DNA from: Yuukianura sp. NJ FZ-2021
Lineage: Eukaryota
DNA: 64,000 nt
Direction of reading: 5' to 3'
Assembly (NCBI GenBank): GCA_046563655.1
Contig: CM102285.1
Coordinates: 13,640,001 to 13,704,000, forward strand
Numbering within the stretch: position 1 is the first letter of the stretch; each line of letters begins with the position of its first letter. A model generated the notes under the pieces. That model searched no databases and had not been told where the DNA came from. It saw only the letters and a program-made list of their open reading frames with translations. A program made the position numbers and the translations under genes. Below, piece after piece: positions 21,788-32,749 of the stretch.

Positions 21788-24518
21788 TTAACAACCAACG
21801 CCTTTCTTGTATTCAATGAACCTGGACAGATTCGTCCTGGCCGTTTCCACCACGCCACGGCTTTCTCCCAAACCTCTCCTGCGATTTCGAATCTAAAAAG
21901 AATCAGCGATTTAGTTGACATATTCAGCGTTAGACTGGGATACCTGAGATGACTTACTTGTTTCTTAAAATGTGGTGCTAGATGTCTCAGTTTGTCTAGC
22001 AGGGTCAACTCTTTCAAAACGTCGTTAAAATCATCTTCAGCGAAAACGTCAAAAATTGTATCCAGAGCTTCGGCAGTCAGTACCAAATCATCTTTTTCAT
22101 TCCCAAATGAAAGGCAACTGAGTAGAAATTCACCAGTTTTGAGCATGAGGGATTTGGATTCTGGTGAAACTTGTCTTCGAGAAATCAAAAAACCGAAACT
22201 TCCAACCAGCCGAACAACGTTCGTAGCCATTCGGCAGTTGTCGGTTTCCGAGTAGAGGCTGGCGAGACCCTGCATACAAAATATACAATGAAGTATATAG
22301 AAGCAAAAATTGCTGAAATTGCTCACTTCTAATTCTTGTGTTGAAAAGCTTTCTACTGCGCGTTCACAGTTTTCGTCAATTGCTCTCTGAAGTACAGCTC
22401 TCAATCCGGATATGACAGCTTCCAGAAAATCTCGACTTCCGGATTCTGAAATAATCATAAACTGTAATATATCAACTACATCTTATAATCTACAAACTAT
22501 AAACCATAACCGTATATTTTTTTTTAAATAATTCTAGTCTCGTCTCTTACTTTTGTCGAAAAGTCTTACTTTTGTCATTCTGGGCTGAAGCAATGGAAGG
22601 AAGAATTTTCATGAGTGTTGTATAGATCTCGTTCAATTTTTCGGCGCCCCCTAGCGTGTCAAGGTCAAATGCTTGTAGCAGATTCTGGAGGCAGAGTATT
22701 GCAACTGATCGCATGTTGCCCAGCTTCTCAATAATGTCTGTCCCATATTCGAAGTTGTTTTCCAGAATTTCTGCTACGTTGACCGGAAGGCCTTTGACTT
22801 TTGACATCACTTTGGTCACCAGCTCAGCATTGCGTACTCCATCCGATATCTTGAACATAAAAGTTACACTAAAGTTTAATCAATGGCGAACTTTTTTTGA
22901 ATTACCTGAAAACTTAATGAATGAAACTGAATGAAAACTTACCTGAACATTGTAGTCCCCACCGGCAACTGGCAAGCTTGGTTTGTCCATAACACAGTCC
23001 TCCTCCATTGGTTCGTCGTCAGCATCACTGTCATCCATAAATTCCGTTCCGTCTTCATCTTCAACAAAAACAAGGTTAGAAAGGATTTCCATTGCCAGTT
23101 TCTCTGCTTCCAGAATTCGCAAAATCCTTGACGCTGATGATTCCAGTTTAGATCTCTGCTCTGGAGTGAGATCATTTGAACGTTCACGTTCTGCTGCTCC
23201 TTTTCCAGTATCCATTCCTTCCTCTTCCAAGGGCACATCGGATGAAAATCGTTTTATTTCTTCAACCTCGTCATTGGCTAATATTCGTCCAAGAGCGTGT
23301 AAAACTGGAAGCATATTGCCTCCTTCTTGTCCTTGTCCATTTCCAGAATCCAGTAAGTTATAAGCAGTTCCTAATGATTCAATATCAATTCATGCATTTA
23401 CCAGTTTCGCTAATTGTGTAAGCGAATTACCTGTAACGAGAGCTTGAAAATAAGTAAAATCTGCTCCTCTGTCTTCCGAATCACTGAGGATTGTGAAAAG
23501 AATTGGTAGCAATTCGGCAATATTTGGAATATTATCTCGATTTTCTTCTGTGACAGTCAGTAAGCAGCGAGCTGGAAATAAGTAGAAAGATTGTTTTCAA
23601 CGGAACCACGTTAAGAATATGGTATGCAGAAAACAAACCTCCAGCAATGGCAGCAGGGAGTCCAAATGTGGCGACATCCAATGTTCGTGGCAGCATCTGG
23701 AAAAGCTTCTCTGCGTTGAAAATCTGAAGAGCCTGTTCACTGGCAGCACTAAAATGACGAAGAAAAACCATTTTTTTTTAATTCGAGCGTTGGAAACGTT
23801 CCCTTGTCGTTGTCGTGACACAGACCAGAGGTTGGACATTAGATGAAGAGCTTGGATGAAGGCTTCTGTTGCGGAATCGCTCTTGAAACTTCCATCTGCC
23901 AATACTTTCCCTTTGGAAGGACTCCAGTCAGCAGCATATTTCTGTATCAGAAAAGTTTACACACTGAAAAGTTTAGAAGTGTTGGATACATACAAATTAA
24001 AAGCGAAACAAACCTGTTTGAATAAGTTGACAAGCGATTTCATCACATTTCGGTTGACCAATATTTCACAAACACTTCCGCTGACTCCACTCAGATTCCT
24101 TAGAGCTCCAGCAGCAGAGTGACGCACCATGACACTGTCATCCAGCAGAAGGTTGGCAGCAGTACTGATTATATCTGTCCCCAGAAGTTCCTGTAGAATA
24201 TCTCCATTATCAGCGGCTACTGCGAGAGCGTTCAAGCCGTTGTTCCGTTCCTCGGCCAATCGGCTTTCAACCTAGATTAATTATCAAACGAATCCGGATT
24301 CAGTATCTGTTATGGAGCTTAGGTATTATACGAAATAAAATGGAATACTAAATACTACTGACCTGTTCAATTATATTCTGGACATATGCTGTTTCTGTAC
24401 TTTTCTGACAAGCTGTTTCCTCTTCCCAGCGTTCAAGCGAACGAACGCTGCAGATTCCGACTGGATTTTGTCGAAACGCTTCCTTGCGCAATAATTTACT
24501 TCGTTTGGCCTTACCCAT
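21788..24518 (-). CDS. HEATR3: HEAT-repeat-containing protein 3 (Syo1-like ribosomal protein import adaptor), multi-exon
   Basis: Basic N-terminus MGKAKRSK...NPVG, LLLDDSVMVRHSAAGALRNLS, CLLTVTEEN, acidic loop after LAMEILSNL, AEALDTIFDVFAEDD, C-terminal NLSRFIEYK. Confidence 0.88.
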
Positions 24519-25047
24519 TTTCGATATTTCTATAAATATGGAGCTAAAAACTAAATCAGAATCTAGAGAACTAGTAAATGACCAAACTTAAACTTAGTAA
24601 GCACGTGCTAAAAACTTACGAATTGAATAATTCTTTCTTGTTGAACTTGAGTGCAAAATACCTCAACAACTTTTTTCGGCGCTTTGCACGTATGAGTTGT
24701 CTCAAAGAAGTCCCACCATGTAAGTATTCAACAATAGCAGCTACTGTCACTATACGTTAATTGAGCAGTTAGCAATCAAGTATTCTAACTTATAATGTTT
24801 ATGCAATACACTGAAAACAATGGCACCAAGTAGTACTTCCTAGCAGTAGCTGTCATATTTCCAAGCACTTATTTTAATTGGCTTGAAACAAAAATTAATG
24901 TTATTTATTTGCACCGAACACAGAGATTCACAGAGACAGGCACAAGAGGTCAAAACAAAGGTCGCCATAAAATTAAAACGACAGCACGCGCGGAAACACT
25001 TTCGTTTCAAACACGTTTTCTGCTTATCCAACAATTAAGTACTTAAA

Positions 25048-26801
25048 TTATGGCCCTCCATAACTCGGAGCTGTCGCTGACATCCATCCATAAGTTGCAT
25101 ATTTAGGCACAAAGTTGGGGTCAAACGGAATTTCTTTCTGCTTCTGGTCACCACCTCCTTCAGCACCATCCGCTTCATCCCCACAAGCCTCCGAATATGT
25201 TGGCAATTCTCCTGTAAAGGCATCTTGGTACGATGGAGGCGCTGGAAAATCAAAGAAATCGCAGTTGGAATCATAATTAACTACAAAATTGTACACGAAA
25301 TACTTGAATGCTGACATTACGTAAGTCAGGGTAACCAGCTACCGAAAATGGTGGAGCAGAGGGAGCTGCAGAAGGCTGCATTGTTGGTTCCATTGGAACT
25401 GCTGCTGGCACTGGCACTGGTGCTGGTTGAGGGTAGTATGGCCGAATTTGTGCAAAAGTGTCTCGGAACGGAATTGTTCCGACTAAAATTTCGGTAGATC
25501 CTTTCAAATTAAAACCTGACGGTACTTCCATTTCAACCTTGAAAGATCAAGAATTATTTACGGTAGATCAGATTCAAATTAAAATAAGAACAAATGACTG
25601 AATGGTTACATGAATAGAGTATTCAACTCGGATGATTCGGCAACCAGCAAGATTTGTTGGAGGAATCGGTGGAACCACGGCTACATTCGGGTTAGCCCGC
25701 CATATCTCCGTTTCATGAGCTCCAACTCCTGGACCGTTGATGGTTGCTATTGTTTCAGTATCGTGTTTAGATTTCCCTCGAGCATGGAACGAAACATGCT
25801 GGAAATCCAACAAGGAATACGTTTCAACATTTGAAATTATGAAATCGAAATTATGAAATTCCAAAAGTTGAAAAACTTACTCTCTTTAGTTTAGCTTGAA
25901 TCCTCGGAATCGGTTGACTGCTCTGGTTGTCCATTTCAATCATAAATCCAAAAGCCTCTCCAGGAACAAATCCTCTTCTGTTTAGTTTGAAAACAAAACT
26001 AATCGGTCCATCTTTACAACAGCAGCATCCAAGATGCTTGTCCTTTGAAAACTGCAACGGCATGTGTGCACCAGGGATGGTGTTCAAGTCCACGATTCCA
26101 TTTACCTGTGTGTTGAAATACAAGTTTGTAAAGGAATTCATACCTTTTAATTCATATGACAAGGATTTACCGTAAATGGAGTTGTAGTTGTCTTGTCAAA
26201 TCCCCACGATTTCTTGATCGTAGCTGAAACTGTGTAGTGGATATTTCCATATCTGCCTTTGAAAGACGATGGGATTCCCATCGGAAGTTGAAAAGAAATC
26301 GGAAACTGCTGCAATCCAGGCGGAACAACAATTTCTGGGCCTCCTGTAGGATCAAATTGTGAATTCGAATATCAAGTCAAAATCGCTTATGTTTCGTTGT
26401 GTGAAATTGAAACAAACAACGAACCTGAACGACCGACGACATACACTTTCTGATCAAAGTAAACCTCTCGATCCGAAATAGTTCTTGTCTCTGTGCGTGT
26501 TGAACGGTTTGATCCGGTTCCGGTTGAGACCGTATGACGTTCTGTCCATTTCACATCCGCTCTCCCAACGAAATTCAATTTGATACCTGTCAACAAGTTG
26601 TACAAATTGAACCGGATTAAGATTCAAGTTATCAAAAATTGATTTAAACAACGTAAAGTTAACTTTACCACTTGTCTTCCTTTCTCTTTCCAAGTCCAAA
26701 ATCAGTCGTCCAGTAACTTGTTGTCCAGCAAAATAAGACCTTACTGGATTGTCCAGAAGTACTGCAAAACTCCTCACACCGCTACTTCCACCCCCAAACA
26801 T
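25048..26801 (-). CDS. Alpha-arrestin (arrestin domain-containing protein) copy 1, full length with PY motifs
   Basis: YFAGQQVTG, GRADVKWTE, FQLPMGIPSSFKG, KHLGCCCCKDGPI, GFVPGE, GCRIIRVEY, VGTIPF, then a Pro-rich tail with PPSY and LPTY. Confidence 0.92.
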
Positions 26802-27388
26802 ATTGAAAGTGAAATTGAAATGTCAATTAATTCTCTTCTGAGTCAGGTCAGACTCTCAGAGGACCGTCAGAGTCGGCGGCAATAGATGACCCCACACCCC
26901 ATTGACCCAGTGGGAATCTGAAAAAGAGTAATATAGTATTTCATCTTTCGTGTTACTTATCAAAATTTAAGCAATATGTTTACGTGTAACATAATAATCT
27001 CGCGTGTTTTGTTCGTAATCTCACAGTCTCCTGTCATAAAAATCTGGGTTTCCGCCTCAGGCACAACAGAATCTACTACATTAGTTCAACAATCCGAATA
27101 GAGGCAAAGATCATCGACAAAAATCAAACAGCGTTGGCAAAAAAAAATGAAAGACAAACAAACAGATTACCTAAACTAGCTGAAACAAACAGATTACCCG
27201 AATCTGCTCCACCACACCCATAGATTGGCATTTAGCATCAGCATCCCTGGTTTTGTCTTTCCTCTTTGTTTACATTCTGCACATGATGAATCTTTCAAAA
27301 ATCTGTTTGAAAAAGTTGCCGCTTGCGTTCGTTTATGAATGAAAAGTTTGGCGTAAATTTCTATAAAAAATTCCTGAACGGTATAAAA

Positions 27389-27435
27389 CTGATAAAATGA
27401 CACACCCTCCGTGACGTCACAAAGGTCGTTGACCT
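27389..27435. promoter_or_regulatory. GATA + CRE + IR1 (EcRE-like) module upstream of arrestin copy 1
   Basis: CTGATAA 27389, TGACGTCA 27412-27419, AGGTCGtTGACCT 27423-27435; paralogous to 29539-29588. Confidence 0.6.
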
Positions 27436-27617
27436 TCTATGTATCCAGCATTTCTAAATTTATCTCACAGTTTAAGTTATTTGAAACGTTAGCCGTTCTA
27501 AGTTCATTCAACAGTTACGTAAATTCAAAATTTTGGAATTCAGTTTGGACTTTAGATTTAAAGTTAGGAAGAAATGAAAAGGAATTGAGTTTTGACGTAC
27601 GTAAATCAAGTAGCGTG

Positions 27618-29075
27618 TCAAGCTACCCCAAATTGTTGAGCAGAAGGAGACGCAGAAGGATGTCCAGAATGCGGTTGAGTTTGTGCAAAATTGTTCCGAA
27701 ACGGAATATTTCCGACAACAATATCTGTTGATCCTTTCAAGTTAATACCGCATGGAATTTTCATTACCACCTGTACAAAATATTTTGTTGTAATTAGTCA
27801 TAAAGTGGTTAAACTTGGTAATTTTCTATAAATAAAATAAAATAAAAATAAGAATTATTGAATCGTACGTCAATAGAGTATCCCACGTTGATGACTCTGC
27901 AACCTCCCAAGTCCGTAATAGGAACCTCAGGAATCGTTGCATCCGGAGGAAGTCGCCATAATTCTGTGCTATGCGCTCCAACTCCAGGACCAACAAAAGT
28001 TCCAAGCGTTACGGTATAGTGTCTTTTTTTCCCTTCAGCATAGAAACTAACGAGCTGAAATCAAACAAGAAATGCACAACTAAACAATTACGAACTGAAC
28101 ACAAAAATAAATCTCGACTAATTGGAAAACTTACTTGCATCAATTTAACTGTAATTTGTGGCAAAGGTTTACGACTTTGGTTATTCATTTCAATCATAAT
28201 TCCAAGTGTCTCTCCAACAATAAAGCCTTTTTTGTTTAGTTTGCACACAAAACTAATCGGTCCATCCTTACAGCAGCAGCATCCTTTGTACTTTTCCTTT
28301 CTGAATTCCACGGGAAGATTTGCGTCTTGTATGGTGTTCAAATCATAGATTCCAATTACCTAACAAGAAATTAGAAGTTGTTCAGAAAGATTTTAGTAGT
28401 ATAGTAACCAATAGTTTACCTCGAATGAGGTTTCGGTAGTCGTATCAGATCCCCAGGATTTCTGGAGCGTAGCTGAAACATAGTAACCACAACCTCCAAG
28501 ATTTGCTCCGAAAGAGGACGGGATTCCCATTGGAAGTTGAAATGAAATGCGAAACTGGTGCACTCCCGGTGGAAGAATAACTTCTGAACCTGTGAAATTC
28601 ATTTTAGCTCGATTAAAATTATTGTTAAAATCAAGTTAAGAATTGACTTTAAACAAACCTGATCCGCCTACGACATTTACTTTATAGTCAAAGTAAGACT
28701 CTCGACCCCAAAGCCTTCTTGTACGTGTTTCGCTGTGTCGATCTTTACCATGGCCAACGCTCACCGTATATCTTTCTGTCCAACTTGCGTGTGCTCTTCC
28801 ATAAAAATTAACTGTGATACCTATGAATTTTAGACAACTTATTTAGGCTTCAAGGTATTGAATAAAACCGGTATTGAATAGGAACAAACTGCGTAGACAT
28901 CGCTGGAACAACAAAACACTACTAAAAACGATTATAAGTAGTTGGTCCGAATACCTTTAGTTTTCCTTTCCCTTTCCAAGTCCAAAATCAGCCGTCCAGT
29001 TACTTGTTGTCCAGGAAAGTAATTCTTCGGCTGATTGTCCAGAACTATTGAAAAATTCTTCACATCGTCAGGCAT
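27618..29075 (-). CDS. Alpha-arrestin copy 2 (tandem paralog), C-terminally truncated with no PY motifs
   Basis: Same exon structure as copy 1 (MPDDVKNFSIVLDNQPKNYFPGQQVTG...KYKGCCCCKDGPISF...VGNIPF). The frame stays open to ...QQFGVA-TGA at 27618-27620. Confidence 0.85.
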
Positions 29076-29538
29076 GACTGCTGTCTAGAGGTAAACCAAG
29101 AGTCTTCCTGTCCCTAGTCAGCAATTGATTATTCAATCCGAACCTGAAAACGACAATTCATATCACGTTGTTACCAAAAACTACTTCGAAATGCTTTGGC
29201 TTAACGTTTGACTCACGTTTGGCTGTGACACAGTGTCTTGGGCAAAGAATCCGCAGCGGCTCGGATTTAAGAACGGCCCAAGGGAACGGAATTATGGAAA
29301 GGTCAACGGGTCAAGTTAATTGGTTAACTTTTGTCTGAGGTCAACAGTTGACCATAAAACGGTACAGTAAATTACCAACATAACATCCTCCTTATCTTTT
29401 GTCTTTTTCTTTGTTCTTTTACCGGGCCTCTTTTGAATTTCAATATTTTCCCGCCGTATATCAAAAACAGTTATTTTTATGAATGAAGTCGTTTGGCGCC
29501 AAAATGTCTGGCGTAAAAAATTCCTGAGAGTTGTAAAA

Positions 29539-29588
29539 CTGATAAGAATGACACACCTCCGCCGTGACGTCATAAAGGTCACTGACCT
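29539..29588. promoter_or_regulatory. GATA + CRE + perfect IR1 (ecdysone response element-like) module upstream of arrestin copy 2
   Basis: CTGATAAG 29539, TGACGTCA 29565-29572, AGGTCAcTGACCT 29576-29588. Confidence 0.62.
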
Positions 29589-30256
29589 TCATTCACTCTT
29601 TTTCTTCCAGAAATCAGTACTTTCACCCAGCTTTCTCTTTTATATGTCAACTTTATTTAGAATTATCAAATTACAATTAAATTACAATTAATTTAATACT
29701 ATTTAATTTATTTTTTATATCGCGATTATAAGTATTTTATTCAAAGTTTACGTTTAACGTATGACGTTGATTACAATTAAGACAAAAAAACGTCAAAATT
29801 AGTGCGTCAAAATGGAATCAAAAACGTACGAAAAAATGAACTTGCTAACTTGCCTGTCGCTCCTGTGCAAATCTATCGTGATAATCTGCAAAGATTTTGC
29901 AAACTTTTTTCTTCTTGTTTCAGGGTTAGGTAATTGAAAATTCTCAAAGCCTCCTACCAAATATACTTGCAATTCACATTAAGTCTCTTAACTTTTTCGC
30001 ACAGGCCCCAACCTTCCTATTGTTTTTTTACAATTACTCAACTAACCTATACTAACATGACACTCCACACGTAAAACGTTTTATGTTATGTCGCAAGTGT
30101 CGTTTACAGTTTTAATATTCATTCGATTCGACATTCTGTCGTAAAAATACGCAACATTATTTTATGAAAGTTTATGAAAAATGCATTTTTGCTCTATTTA
30201 CTAAATTAGATTTAGTATATTTAAGTTAGTTAAATACAATTTAGTAACTGTTGAGA

Positions 30257-30741
30257 TCAGTAGTGACCTTCAATAGGTGTAAATTCCTTGTACTCAAACG
30301 TTTCCTTTCCGCCAAATCCATACAGTAACTTTCCGCGTCCCTTGGAGTCATACACAGGGTACCTGTACTTTGGCCTAAAATGAAACAAGAACGCAACGCT
30401 TTAGTAAAATTTCCAACTTTTGATTTGCGTACATTTTGTAATTGGACAAAATTGCTGTTGACAAGTTTGTTACTTTTGATAGTACGGATAAGGACGTACT
30501 ACTCCAAGACCAAGAACGCGTTCAAGGGATTTTGGAACGTCACGGTTTGGCATACTCAACTGGGCAGTCGAATTGTCACTTGAAACGAACGAACAAAATC
30601 CAAAAACAAGAAGAATCAAGCATTTCCAAATCTAAAATTTTCAAAAACACAAATTGTACCTTTCAAAATTTCAATTAATCTATTTTCAAAAAGTCTGAGA
30701 GGAAATAACCTGACCTGGGCTAAAGCGCTTTTGTACTTCAT
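30257..30741 (-). CDS. Small secreted Tyr/Gly/Pro-rich protein, copy A (3 coding exons, about 100 aa, function unknown)
   Basis: Spliced product MKYKSALAQ|IWKCLILLVFGFCSFVSSDNSTAQLSMPNRDVPKSLERVLGLGVVRPYPYYQK|PKYRYPVYDSKGRGKLLYGFGGKETFEYKEFTPIEGHY*. GT-AG introns, hydrophobic signal-like segment, close paralog at 31597-32064. Confidence 0.8.
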
Positions 30742-31596
30742 CCCTGCCAGAGCCCCAGTCGCAGTCGCAGTCAAAAATTTAAATTAAGCAATTTTTGAAA
30801 TTTTTGATAAAAAATTATGAGTAAAATTTTGACTAAAATGGTTGAATTCACTTAGGCAATAGTTTACCTCCTTGTGAGGCGTAGAATTCACTTATAAAGT
30901 ATTCACCAACTTGAGTACTTTGAAGACCTCGTATGGTCTCTTATGCAACTAAAATGAACAAACTGAACATTTTTTGGGATGTTCAAGGATATTTGTTCCC
31001 TTGTTGTGTCTATTGTTGCTTTTTTGTCCACATAAGAACTCCTTGACACAACAGTTTCTGTTCATCTTAGTCTTCACGCACGATCTGTAAATTGAAACCA
31101 CAATTTTCTACACAACCAATAAAAAGCATCACAAAAAAATCCATTTTTAAGAAAACCGAAATTAGAAAAAAAAACTACGAATTTTTTAAAGAAATCAACG
31201 AATTCCTCATTTAAATCAAGTACTCAAGTGTTATCAAAAAAGTATTGTCCAAAATTTTCGAATTTACAACACGTTAGAAAAATTTATGAAATGAATTGAA
31301 TGGTTTTTCGAGATCATTCACCTAATTTCGAAGCGTCAGCTAAAGCTAACCTAAAAGTAATCTTTTTTTCCTAACAGTATAACGAACTTTAGAACTTTTT
31401 ACCGAGTGGCGTTGGAATGTGTTATAAATTTTTGAAATCTTTCTTTAATTCTTACTTTTTAGTGTTTTAAATTTAATTATATGTTGTTTAATTGTAGAGT
31501 GTGAGCCCATCATAACCTAGTTTTAATTACTTATTCTTAAGTCTTGAAGCCTAACATAACTTAACCTTAGTAATCTAACTGATGAACTGTTGTAAG

Positions 31597-32064
31597 TTAG
31601 TGGTGACCTTCCATTGGTGTGAACTCTTTGTATGTATAGGTATCAGGTCCACCAAAACCATACAGTAGCCTACCACGTCCTTTTCCATCGTAAACGGGGT
31701 AGCGGTATTTTGGTCTGAAATTTTTCAAAAAGTTGTGAAAAATTAAAAAGAATCAAAACTTTTGTCAAATTAAAATTCATTTTTGACACTTACCGTTGAT
31801 AGTATGGATATGGATTAGCAACGCCAATTCCTAAAAATCGTTCAAACGAATTCCCAGTAGGACGATTCGGTAAACTCAAGTGGGCAGTAGGAGCATCACT
31901 GGAAACCGTCGAAATGATGCACCAAAGGATCACCACAGAGCAGCACCGCCACATCTTAAATTTCAAAATTTCGGAAATTCAAAATTAATAATTTTCAAAA
32001 TTTCAGAAACCCAAAGATCCGAGAAAAAAATTACTACCAATTTCAAAGTAATAGCGGAGCACAT
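31597..32064 (-). CDS. Small secreted Tyr/Gly/Pro-rich protein, copy B (tandem paralog; alternative start at 31954)
   Basis: (MCSAITLKL|)MWRCCSVVILWCIISTVSSDAPTAHLSLPNRPTGNSFERFLGIGVANPYPYYQR|PKYRYPVYDGKGRGRLLYGFGGPDTYTYKEFTPMEGHH*; same intron positions as copy A. Confidence 0.8.
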
Positions 32065-32749
32065 CTTTCCAAAAACACAAAGGGAGGTGTTCACTGGCTT
32101 TCTATTTTGCTCACTCGAATCTCATAGTTGCTACTCAAAATTTGAAAAGTTCAGATTTTGTAGCTTAAAATTTCGAAATGTTTTTCGAGAAATCAAACTA
32201 ACAGCATTCAAAAACACCAAAAAACTGCAGACCCTTATGCACAATTGAAGAAAATGTTTAAGAACTTTGATTGAATTTGATGGAACTTTTTCAGGGATTC
32301 GTTGAACTGTGTTGTTGCTCCTTGTTGCGTCTGCTTCAACACAATGAATATAACTGTTCTCCGTTTTTCAGAAAAACCCAACAAGTTTCTTCCAAAAATG
32401 AAAATCACCCCAAGACATTAGCCCAAGCCTAAAAAAAAGAAACTGTTACATTTTGGGTTGGGTAAAAGAAACTGAAAATATTATACAAGTCAAAGTTCAC
32501 ACAGAAAATCCCCCAAAGATTGTTCAAATCAAGTGAAATTTTTCTGCTTTCAACTTTATTTAAATTTCATCTACCTCCTCCCAATCCACATTCCATTTTT
32601 GGAACCAGAAATTATTACTCTTGCATAGAAAATTACTCGTTTTTTGAATTTTTTATTTACGTTTTGCTTGTTTTGGTAAAGTTTTCTCAAAATTGAAACT
32701 TCTTCAGTGATTTGAAATTTCCTTTTAAAGTTTTTTTTGAAATTTATCT

